Part shown: piece after piece, positions 40,768 through 52,182 of the stretch
Numbering within the stretch: position 1 is the stretch's first letter
How the letters are laid out: each line of letters begins with the position of its first letter
Assembly: GCF_009834535.1 (NCBI RefSeq)
Contig: NC_045697.1
Location: 117,616,001-117,680,000, forward strand
DNA length: 64,000 nt
From: Camelus ferus
Lineage: Eukaryota
Reading direction: 5' to 3'
Made by a program: the position numbers and the translations under genes
Notes under the pieces: generated by a model
Told to the model about the DNA's origin: nothing
Database searches by the model: none
Seen by the model: only the letters and a program-made list of their open reading frames with translations

Positions 40768-42500
40768 CTGTAAGAGAAAAAACAAAACAAAAGAAAACCC
40801 TGGTAAGAATCCAGAAATAGAGAGGAACAGGAATGGGGAATTTTCACTGGAGAAAAGACCTCACTTTTTGAGACAAATCCACAATTACAGCATGGTTTTC
40901 CCAATCAGAAGTAGTAAACATTGTCAGAAGCACAAAGATACTTATCAAAAATAAATAAATAAATAAAAACAAACCAAAAAAGGATTTGGGGACTTAATTT
41001 TACCAAATGCATAAAACACTGCTCTAAACAGTCCATGCTACTTTCTTGTAAATCCAATTAAGCAGACATCTTACTTGTCCTGAAGCAACAAGCAATCAAA
41101 ACCTACATAAACACAAAGGCAGGGCAGACAATAAAAGAAAAAAAAGAGCAAAAAGTAATTTTTGAACAATATATAATATTAACTTGCCTAAGCAAAGGAG
41201 TGTGTAAATACTGCAGGATGGTATGACCACAGAGACAGCCCAAGAATTCATAAAACAGTCATGCTGACACTTACAAAATGATACTGAGCAAGAAACGCAC
41301 CATGAATGGTCTCCTCATAGAGTCAAATATGTTGGTGGCGGGAGCAGGTTTTGGTAAAAGAAGTTTCTCAGTTAACAGGCCAATTACACGGGGAAAACAC
41401 AGAGCTGTAAGATACAACTACCTTTCCTTTGAATAAACATATTCGCTGTCAACTGTCAAAAAGAGAAAGACTGCCAAATTTTTTCTATTTTAATTAACTT
41501 AGAACAGTGAATCTTGACCAAATTGGTAGTTGCTTGAAAGCACTTTAAAAAAACAAAAAACAAAACAAACAACAATGACAGAAAAAAAAAAACCACTTCC
41601 TTGGAAGCCAGTGGAAACTGTTCTGTTGTTCACCATTTGTCTGGGTTGGTTTTTCCACCATAAAGTCTTACCATACGATCATTCTCCCTATACAAAAATA
41701 GATCCATGACAATCACAAGGAAGGTTAAAGCTATACTTGGAGCATCAAGCACTGTCTATTCTCTACTGATAAGGTAAATGCCTCAATTTCATAAGTGACA
41801 TTAACTTACATGAAGCAAACAATGTAATGTGATCAGCTTTGCTCTGAAATCCCAGCTCTGACCCCTCAGGCAATTCTGTTCTGTGTTAATTACCATACAA
41901 TGTGCTGATAAGCTAAAACCTCTACAGGTGAAACATGACAGATAGTAAGTGTATGAAAAAAATCTAAAAATACTATGAATTAATACATACAACCTTTTCA
42001 AGTAGCTATCAGACAGAATCCAAAACACTGGAGGGAAAAAATGAAAACCAATTAGTTAAACCTCCCAAAGGTGCAGGAGAGTCAGTAGATTTAAGTAATT
42101 TCCACCGCCTTATCAGCTCCCACATCTCAGCTTCAGGGCTTGGGGACAGGTAATGAGATTTTCCCATTTCACTGCAGGGGAACTTGTAACCTCCTTAGAG
42201 CTGACTGTCATCTCAATCGAAAGATAGAAAACTCCAAAGAGAACGCGGCTATGTGAGAAAATTGGATGTGGAAATTAGGGTCCAAACCCATCGACAAGTT
42301 TTCTCTTTCAAGGGAGGAAAACAGAACTGACTGATTGCAAAATACACTTGTATTGGATCGATTAAGAGGTGCTATTATTTTGTCTCCATCTAAAGTCCTT
42401 CAGAAGTACATTTCTTCTAAGCGAAGTGGCCAGGCAACATAAAGAACATTAATACTTTCTGTAATAGGGAACTTTCCTGCTTGATTTTTTCCCTTCTGGC

Positions 42501-43057
42501 TGTGAAGGGAGACAAAAAAATGCCACCCCACAATATATGCCTTTTGGGCATGAGGGTTGTTTTGAGCTCAAGGTACTTGAAAAACAGCAAATTCAGAAGA
42601 GGCTTTTTCTAAACTCATTTTCTCTGCCTAAAGACAGGTCCTCCGAAAGGATTTCTAGTGTCTCAAATCCCCTCCCGGGAAGTTCCATCAGCTACGGAAG
42701 ATCATCACTGTCACCACAGGAGAGGACAACATTGACACCACACCCAGACACACCGATCACAGACTGTCACCCCTCCTCCACCTAGTCTTCCCAGGGCCAT
42801 TCATCTTTCCGACAAGCCATCCACTCTGCCTTAGGAGACCCATCTCCCTCCTAGTAGGATGGTGTACAAACTCTCAAGTCTCACCACTCTTTCTGGTACT
42901 CCCTTTTTTTTTTTTGCTATGATGCCTGCCCACGTGTACATAAACATTAAAAATTAATAACTGTGTGCACCTTGTATCCTGTCAGTATGACTGTTGTCAG
43001 AATATTCCATAGACCCAGGTACCAAGGACAGGGGGGAAAACCCTCCCCTCCCCTACT
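42501..43057 (+). mobile_element. Solo ERV1 LTR (MER34-like)
   Basis: Start atgccaccccacaatatatgccttttgggcat...ttttgagct and end ctcccctac resemble MER34-group LTRs (from recall). Confidence 0.65.
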
Positions 43058-43618
43058 GTGTAAGCTGTGCCAATCACTCATTTTCTAGCCCTTTTAACTC
43101 ACTTCCAAATTTTCTCTTCCTCCAGAATCAGTCCCTCTTCCTGGAAGACTGCAGCTCCTACTCTCCATCATCCTGAGCTCAACCCAAGGTCTCTTTGAAG
43201 ACTGCCCTTCTAAAATCTTGCCTCAATCATCCTGGCTTACTCTGATAAACACAGACTCTTACATATACTGTTTGGCAATTATTTTGTAGCTTCTTTTCAT
43301 ATCTGCATGTGTATTACCACACAGACTAGACCAAATGTACAGTTGTGAGTCCTGGGGAAATCATGGCTTCTGAATTTCTTGTCTAGCGTTAAATACTCAT
43401 GTGTATTACCAACTAGACCAAATACACAGTGACTGTTGATGGAATCATGGCTTCCACAGTTCTGTAATTCTCTACACTTGTAAAGTATTGAATCCACATT
43501 GCCCCTGCCCTTTCCACGTGCAGCCCTCTGAGCTGGACACAGCCTCAGGTGTGATAGTGGTGGCAGCTCCACTCAACACTTCCAAGGAAGAGGAGCATTT
43601 CTTCCTGAGATGTGCTTT

Positions 43619-43846
43619 TAGGAGAAAAAATGTTTTTCCCCTCAGAAGCTTTCCAGCATTGGCCATTGCCAAACCAATCCCTAGCAAGGAGGGAGAACCA
43701 ATGGTGACTGGCTCAGATAAGTCTTCTGGTAGGAGAAAAAATGTTTTTCCCCTCAGAAGCTTTCCAGCATTGGCCATTATTGCCAAACCAATCCCTAGCA
43801 AGGAGGGAGAACCAATGGTGACTGGCTCAGATAAGTCTTCTGGTAG
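43619..43846. repeat. Two-copy tandem duplication, 111/114-bp unit
   Basis: The copies are identical except for a 3-bp ATT insertion in the second. Confidence 0.97.
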
Positions 43847-44361
43847 AGAACAGATACTGGACATCAATCACTTTGTCCATTACGTAATTTCACTCGTCAT
43901 CACAAACACTCACTTGGCTAAACAGGAGAGAGGTTAATCACGTGGAGAGCCGTTTTTCAGTGGAGAGAGAGAAAAACCAGGCTGGGAGAAAAGTGAGCAG
44001 GAGGTGAGTAAGTGGAGAAACCCAGGACGTGGTAGATGGAAACTGAGACACAGCAAGGTTAACAGATTATTCTAAGGTGGTAGAATCAGGAATGAAACCT
44101 GGGAATCCCAGTTCCTCGTTATCATTTCATAACAAGCCTGCCATGCTGGAGGTGAAAAATTATCTATCTCCTTATTACCACCAACTGTACATTGTATTAG
44201 GTGATGGATGGACAGACAGACAAGACATTACATTAGTCTTATAAATTTTTAAAATCATTAGTCCTGGAAAATCTTGGATTGCTCATTCTGTAACTTATCA
44301 GCATCACTCTTCCCTCTAGCCATCTCCAAATGCTTGGATTTCTCTCCACAGTCAAGTTTGA

Positions 44362-44518
44362 TTTTTTATTTTTTTTTTATTTTGGGTGCGGGGAGGTCAT
44401 TAGGTTTGTTTGTTTGTTTGTTTGTTTGTTTGTTTGTTTAATGCAGGCACTGGGGATTGAACGCAGGACCTCAAGCATGCTAACCATGTGTTCCACCACT
44501 GAGCTCTACCCTCTCTCC
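44362..44518 (-). mobile_element. tRNA-derived SINE (Vic-1-like) with an (AAAC)n expansion in its tail
   Basis: Same head sequence on the minus strand; (TTTG)n at ~44404-44439. Confidence 0.85.
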
Positions 44519-45759
44519 GAATTTTAAAAATCTATTTGTTACTAACAGCAAAACCTCAGTGTTGGCTGACAAAAATCTCTTGAAATTAAAAAAAAAGGAA
44601 CATGTCAAACACGCAATAGCCCTTTTTCTTTGTGTAAATACACACTTTCATGCCTCTCTCTGCTGCAGGCAACCCAATGAGAACATTTAATCACACTACA
44701 CCTTTCTTTCTATTACAAATTTAAAGATATTTTGAAATTTAAGTGAAAGCTCATGTAGTTTACATTCATATGCATGAATTCAGGGATTTTTTTTTTCCTA
44801 CCTAAAAAAGATACATAAGTCATTTTTTTAGATTGATCAATCCTAAACTAACAAGACAGTCGTCTCTACACATTAAAGTATATTTTAAAAGCCTAGTAGT
44901 TGAGTCACTTGTTTCAAAAGAGCTGAAACAATTTGCATTTGGCATATTTTCCTGTGTCTGCACTCTACTATATATAACCTTACAATTTGGAAAGTAGCTA
45001 GTATTACTTATACAAAATAAGCAGGAATAAGAAGAGTTAAATGATTTTAATTAGGTCACATGCTTAATGCTCATCTCATTATTAGAGATTTCATATTCTG
45101 AATCTCAGTCCAGTGTTTCATCCATCTGACTGGGCCATTCTGTTACATTTCAAGAAATCTATCAACAATTCCGGTATTACTACAAAACAGGATTTATTTC
45201 ATGGAAATATGATATTAATTTAAGAAAATAACTTACTCTACTCAGGCAAAGTGATCAAATGACTAGGGAAAATAATGTTTCATATCAAAAGACTTTTTAC
45301 AACCAGTCCTCTGTTGTTCACTAGCCTGAACTTGGACTGATGTCATTACTAATATGCAAAGTTATGCACGGAATGGACCGGGCTGTACAACTGTGTGATG
45401 TAATGTTTTCCAGCACTAAAGGAAAAATCCAGAAATTTCTTTCCAAAGAAGGAAGCTCAGTTTTCCATTAACTGCAGAACGTTCTTACTTTCACATGACC
45501 CTCTGGTGACCACACAGCACAGTTCCATTTCAAAGCTGCTGTGCATAAAATGTGCAGGTTGTATTATCTCTCCTCTTTACTCTAGGGCAGTGATTCTTCA
45601 CCTCTGTTTTAGCACTACAGACACCACTGAGAATATGATGAAAGCTGTGTCCTTCCCTTAAAAAATGCACACAAAGTTTGCAATGCTGACGGTTCCTGAA
45701 CTGTGGTTCCCTCTTTCATGGAAATAAATGCTGTCATCCTCATCTAAAGTGAGATAAGA

Positions 45760-46925
45760 GAAGATTTTTTTTCTTTAAAGCTGATGGAACTATGTCAAAG
45801 GGACGCAGGAGCCAACTGAAAGAGGTCCCTGTGGCCAAATCTAGAATGATTTGAGCAATAAAATAAAGTCGTACTGGGTTATAATCTAAAGTATAAAATA
45901 AAAATCTATGAGTCAATAAAGATGTAAATAAAACGAACGGACTGAATAAATAAATGCTAGAGGACAGACAAACCTCCCAAGCAGAAGTCCAAAAATCAGC
46001 ACAGACCCTCGGGTCTCACTCCCCCTCCTTCGTATGAGCCGTGGGAGGTGACTTCCTTCCAAAGAGCACCATTTGGAAAGGGGAAAGCAGTGGCCTTGCC
46101 ACTGGAGAAACCTGACAACCACCACCTGAGCCAGGTGGGTGAGGTTAAACTCTTAACCTTGGCCTCTTAACCAGGTGATGCCATGTGGAGTCTGTGTACT
46201 TCTAATACACTGTGATGAGAATGTCGGCTTTAAGCCTGTGTTTTTCCTCCCCTAAACTCAAAACTGCAATCTAATCATGACTAAACATCAGACAAATCGC
46301 AATGGAGATTAACATATACACACTACTACACACAAAATAAATAAAAACAAGGACCTACTTATAGCACAGGGAACTATACTCAGTATCTTGTAATAACCTA
46401 TAATAGGAAATAATCTGAAAAAAAAAATGTATGTAGATGTATGACTGAATCGCTTTGCTGTACACCTGAAACTAACATTGTAAATCAACTATGCTTCAAT
46501 AAAAATAAAATGAAAAAATAAAATCAAATCAAAGACATAAAACAATCCCAGTGGAGTGACATTCTTCAAAATACCTGACCAGAACTCCTTAAAACTGGCA
46601 GTCATGAAAAGCAAAGGAAGTCTGAGAAGCTGTCACAGCCAAGAGGAGCCTAAGGAAACGTGAGGACTAGATGGAGCGTGCGTCCTGAACGGGGCTCTGG
46701 AACAGAAAAGGACATTAGGTAAAAACTAAGGAAGCTAAATAAAGTACAGATTCTAGTTAATAACAATCTATCAATACTGGTTCTCTAGTAGAAATGCACC
46801 ACACTAGTGAAAGATGTTAATAACAGGGGAAACCAGATGCAGCATACTGACAGCTCTATATTAATTTTGACAGTTCTTCTGTAAATCTAAACCTGTTCTA
46901 AAATTTTTTAAAAGTTTATTTGAGG
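45760..46925 (+). mobile_element. Old L1 (L1MC/MD-like) 3' region with a younger L1 3' fragment nested at ~46308-46540
   Basis: ggagccaactgaaagag...ctgtcacagccaagaggagcctaagga...ctgtaaatctaaa. The nested piece is flanked by the degenerate TSD aatcgcaatggag / aatcccagtggag. Confidence 0.75.
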
Positions 46926-46954
46926 GAAATAAAAAGAGGAGAGAGCCAAAAACT

Positions 46955-48305
46955 ATAACAGACACCTCACCAAAGAAGATATATGGTTGGCAAATAAACA
47001 TATGAAAAGATGTTCCATATCATATGTCACCAAGGGAATGCAACTTTAAAAAAAAAATTGGACACCACTGCACACCTATTAGAATGACCGAACTCCAGAA
47101 GACTGACATCCCAAATGCTGGGGAGGTTGTGAAGAAAGAGGAACCCGTATTCACTGCTGGTGAGAAAGGAAAATGGTATAGCCACTTTAGAAGACAGTTT
47201 GGTGGCTTCTTATGAAATGAAACGTACTCGCACTACATGCTCCAGCAATCACACTCCTTGGTAGCTCCCCAAAGAGGCTGAAGACGTATGTCCACACAAA
47301 AACCTGTTCATGAATGTTTACGGCAGCTTTACGCATAATTGCCAAAACTTGGAAGCAACCAAGATGTCCTTCAGTGAGCGAATGGGTCAGTAAAGCGTGG
47401 TCCATGCAGACAATGGAACATTATGCAGCACTAAAACAAAATGAGCTATCAAGGCAGGAGAAGACATGGAGGAAACAGAAATGCGTATTTCTAAGTGAAA
47501 GAAGCCAATCTGTTCTAAGAGAAGTAAGCCAGAAGGAGAAAGAAAAATACTATATGAGATCGCTCATATGTGGAATCTTAAAAAAAAAAACAAAAACAAA
47601 ATATAAATACAAAACAGAAACAGACTCATAGACATAGAACACAAACTTGTGGTTGCCAAGGGGGCGCGGGGTGGGAAGGGACAGACTGGGATTTCAAAAT
47701 GTAGAATAGATCAACAAGATTATACTGTATAGCACAGGGAAATATATACAAGATCTTGTGGTGGCTCACGGCAAAAGAGAATGTGACAATGAATTTATGT
47801 GTGTTCATGTGTAACTGAAAAATTGTGCTCTACACTGGAATTTGACACAACATTGTAAAATGACTATAACTCAATAAGATAAAGTTTAAAAAGAAAGAAA
47901 GAAGACAATCTGAAAAGGGTGCACAGTATAGTACAGTGACATTCTGGAAAAGGTGAAAACACAGAGACCATAAAAAAGACCAGCAGCTGCCGGGTTGGAA
48001 GTTGTATAGTCAGAGCACAGAGGACTTTTAGGGCAGTGAAAATACTCTCTATGACATCATAATGATGGATTCATGTCTTTACACAATTGTCCAAACCCAC
48101 AGAACATCCAACACCAAGAGTGAACCCTCATACAAGCTATGAACTTTGAGTGATTACAACGTGGGTTCACTGACTGTAACAAATGTACCATTTGGTGGGG
48201 GAGCTGATAATGAGGAGGTAAGCTGTTAAAGGGGCAAAGGGAATGGGGAATCTCTGTACCTTCCTCTCAATTCTGCTGTGAATCTAAAAGTGCTCTAATA
48301 AACAA
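46955..48305 (+). mobile_element. Old L1 3' end hosting a younger L1 insertion
   Basis: Similar to 27840-28830; ORF2 C-terminal MFTAAL..IAKTWKQPRCPS. Confidence 0.88.
47513..47896 (+). mobile_element. Young L1 3' end nested in older L1
   Basis: 16-bp TSD gaaagaagMcaatctg at 47497-47512 and 47897-47912. Confidence 0.92.
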
Positions 48306-49389
48306 ACAAACAAACATACAAACAAATAAATAAATAGAATAGGCAAGAAGCTAAAAGATTCAGGAGAGGCAATCACACTTTCTTGTTCCAAAATCCACAG
48401 CCTTAACCAGAGGCGAAGTCTGTACACAATCACGTGGAACTGCCATTCTGAACACACGCGAAGGCTGGAGCTTGTGACAATCCGCTGCTCCAAGTCTGCA
48501 CACACCCACGTCCTCACAGGTGAGTCTTCCACTTGCACCCACGTGGAGGAGGATTTTAACGGTTAGACAAATCACTTGTCAGAAAGGAAAGCTTCCGGTG
48601 ACAAAAGGATGTGGCACAGAAACGTGAGGAACCCCAACATTTAACGAGCAGCTGGAGGAAGATCAGCCAATAGTTAAGACAAAGAATAAACTGCCCAGGA
48701 AGGAGGAGGGAATCCGGAAGTGTGTGACGTCAACAAGAACTCCGGGGAAACGAACACTTGATGGAAGGGCTGTTCACAGGACCAAATGCTGCTGAGGGGC
48801 GGGTAAGATGAGGACTGAAAACCCCCCGCAGGGCGCCGCCAAGGGAGAGCTGTTTTTCAGCTGAGACGGGGCAGAAGCCAGGTTGGAGTGGACTGGATGG
48901 TGAGCAGTAGGGAGGGAGATGGAAGGAAACGCGTGATCGGGAGTGACATCTGCCGGATGGAACAGGGAATTCCAGACCCTCCCTCCTCCCTGGACACACC
49001 GACCCAGTAGCAAGGCACGGATCCACCCTTTTTGTGAGACATCCAGAAACTCGCTGAGAGGCGTCCACACTGAACCAGTGGCAATGAAACCAGTGGGAGA
49101 AGCAGAGACACCATCTGGCCACAAACCTCATCCCCCAGCACAATATGTACCAGAGAGAGAGCAGGGAAAGAGTCCTACCAACCTCCCAGCTCCTCCAGGG
49201 GCCACGCCAGGGACCAGCTTCTAGCTCACCTGTCCTAGGACAGTGACGGGGCTGCAGATGCCCATGCCCTGGGGACGCCCGAGAACAAATCTATGGCCAG
49301 ACCAAGGGGCACTGGCCAAGGCTACTCCCGCCCCCTTAGTGCACAGCTTTGAGCTGTCAGCCCCAGCCCCTTCCTGTCCCTGCACTCCC

Positions 49390-49870
49390 AGGGTCACTGC
49401 AGCCTTCTTCACAGTCACCGCCATGTACAAACAACCCAATGTCCACTGACAGATGGATGGATTCCAAAAGAGGCGGTCTATACCTACACTGGAATACTAC
49501 TCAGCCCTGCAAAAGGAAATCCTGCAACACACGGCCACGTGGATAGACCTGAAGGGCATTACAACACTGAGTGATACAATCCAGGGACAGAAGCACCGAT
49601 ACTGCATGATTCCACGTGTATGAGGAATCTGAAATAGCCACACCTGGAGAAGCAAAGGGAACAATGGTGGTTGGCTGGAGTGAGGGGGATATCAGAGTTG
49701 TACATCAAAAGATATAAAGTGTCAGTTATGCAAGATGAGTAAATTCTAGAGATCTGCTATGCAACATGGTCCCTGGAGTCAACAACACTGGGTTGTGAAC
49801 AAAAATCTGTGAAAGGGAGTAGATCTCTTGTTCACTGTTCTTGCCACAATGAAAATCTTTCTCATTAAAA
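49390..49870 (+). mobile_element. L1MA-like 3' end
   Basis: aatgtccactgacagatggatgg...gttatgcaagatgagtaaattctagagatctgct. Confidence 0.8.
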
Positions 49871-51809
49871 GAAACCACACAATTTCCAGCGACAACCCTC
49901 CAAAAAGGAAAATCTGAACTGTATGTACACATACAACATGTTTTAACTGAGTTATTGCTCAATTTAGTGTAAAGGAAAAAACCAGCCAAAATTATTAGTT
50001 TTTTTTTTTAACCAAAGCAGCTGATTATTTGAGCTATTTACATAGCTAATATTTGAAGACAAAATTTAATTTCCTGGCTTTCTTCTAATGAAAATCTAGC
50101 AAATGAAGAGATAAAAAGTAAACACGAGCTGGACAAAACGTCATTGGATCGTGTTCCTAAATACTTCTACTTCGAAAATTAATAAAATAAATCTACTTTT
50201 GTTACCACCTGCCCCCCAAGAGAAGAGTTTGATTATATCAACGCCAGAAAAGCAGAAGTGATTAGAAACAGGTGTGGGTCGCAGCGACACGTTGCCATTT
50301 TCCTTTACATTTGTCTGTGATGTAAAACCTAAGGAGGTGAAAGATTCAGTTGAGTGGAAAAATGTGAAATAATCGCAATTTCAGATTCCCCCCCCAAAAC
50401 AGGAATCGATGGAATCTAAATCAAGGGTGAAAGAAAACTGAATCAGACAGATTTCAGGTCTTCCTTAAAAGATCCAAGCCAACAACCCAGGACAACTTTC
50501 TTGTTTACCTGCCAAGAATTAAGTTATCACATGAGCAGCTTAAAGATTAAAAAATGAAATATACTGAATTGTATTTTCAAACAATTCAGAACCTTAAAGG
50601 TAACCAAAAATACATCAATATCACTGATCTTGAAATCGATGTTTTAAAGGTATTATGATACAGTACCCAGCACTGTTGCCAAATGATTCATTAATCATGA
50701 TTAATATCAATCATGATATTATTTAATATTTGTTAACACTTTTTTGGGAGGGCAATGTTCTTTGAATGTAAATTTTTGAGAGCTGAAACTATTTCTCCCT
50801 GGCATGGGTTCCATATTTAAATAGAATTGCAATTCTGAATATACTGCACAGAGAGTATTCAACAAGTGTTTAGTGAGAAGCAGGGCCAGGCATTTCCCGA
50901 AAACTTGGAAAAGTACACGCAAAACAACGTGCAAAAAAACACTGCCCTTGGGGAGCTCAACCCCTACTCATGGCCTGGTCACCACCAGACAGGCGTCCCA
51001 AAGCCTCCAGGTCCCATTCCTCAAAGAGCACTGCTCAGGGTTGACGTCTGCATTTGACGCAGTTTCAAATACCCATGAACCCAGGTCCAGCCACATTTAC
51101 ACCAAGATGCTTATTCCAACGCTATGATAAATTTCTTCATTCCCCATTTATTGGCTTTGCCAATTTTCCCATATATGGTTTGTTGCTTACTTTTTTATTT
51201 AATGTTTGACTGAGAATCGGAAACATGCCTGAGTCCGTATCGTGTCAGTGAACAGCCCCGCATTTCGTGTGTATCTGTGTGAAGATGGAAGTGCTGATTC
51301 TAATCTTTGTACGGAAATGAAAAGAACCCAGAGTGGCCAAGGCGATGAGGAAGGAGAACAAAGCAGAGGCTGTGCAGGCGTCCCGCTACCGGGATGCACA
51401 AGGCTAGGAGCACCAGACCAGCAGGACAGGAAAGAGCAGCAGTAACTGAGGCACAGAAACATCCCAGTGCAGTTTAGCAGAGCAGGGTCAGCCTTTTCCA
51501 TAAACGTGCTGCTCTCATTGGATGTGCCTATTTTAAAAACGCATCTTGACCCCACCCACTGCCATACACAAAATTAAATCGAAGTGGATTATAGAACTAA
51601 ATGTGAAACATAAAAGCTTCAAGAAAAATCACCAAAATAGACTACTTCAAGACCTTGCAGCAGAGAAAGATTTCTTAAATCAAACACAAAAGCACTAATA
51701 AAACTGAATGAACCAGACGTCATTAGAAATAAGCACTTTAGTTCATCAAAAGACACTGTTAAGAAAGTGAAAATGTGTAACAAAGATTGAAGAGATTTGT
51801 AGCACAGGC

Positions 51810-51975
51810 CATGGTCATATTTGTATCCATGAGTCAACCAACCTCCAGCGGAAAATACTTGAAGAGAAAAAATTCCAGAAAGTTCCAAAAGGCAAAACTT
51901 GAATTTGCAGTGGGCTGGCAACTATTTACATGCTATTTAAATTGTATTAGTTATTATTAGTAATTTAGAGATGGT
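51810..51975. mobile_element. Tigger-family DNA transposon fragment (Tigger3/MER2-like)
   Basis: tcaaccaacc...aaattccagaaagttccaaaaggcaaaacttgaatttgc...caactatttacat. Confidence 0.7.
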
Positions 51976-51994
51976 TCTTTTTTAGTATTATTAC

Positions 51995-52182
51995 ATTTTT
52001 TTAATTAAAGTATAGTTGATTTACAATGTTGTTAGTTTCCGGAGCACAGCAAAGTGATTCAGTTGTACATACATATATATATAAAAATCTATTCTTTTTC
52101 ATATTCTTTTCCATTATAACTTATTATAAGATATTGAATATAGTTCCCTGTGCTGTACAGTAGGCCTTGTATTTTTATATAC
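51995..52182 (-). mobile_element. L1 3' UTR fragment, sense to GLRB
   Basis: Reverse complement of the L1 3' end seen at 9060-9230. Confidence 0.88.

Noticed and set aside
40752..40770. Multiple CAGs at the exon 3 acceptor as NAGNAG alternative splicing
   Set aside because: The downstream AGs end at +4, +7, +11, +14 and +16, so none preserves frame; they simply encode QQSAE.
43472..43937. ORFs on both strands with an internal 37-aa repeat
   Set aside because: A by-product of the 111-bp (3n) tandem duplication; no splice or homology support.
50690..50705. 16-bp perfect palindrome attaatcatgattaat
   Set aside because: AT-rich and short, with no supporting context.
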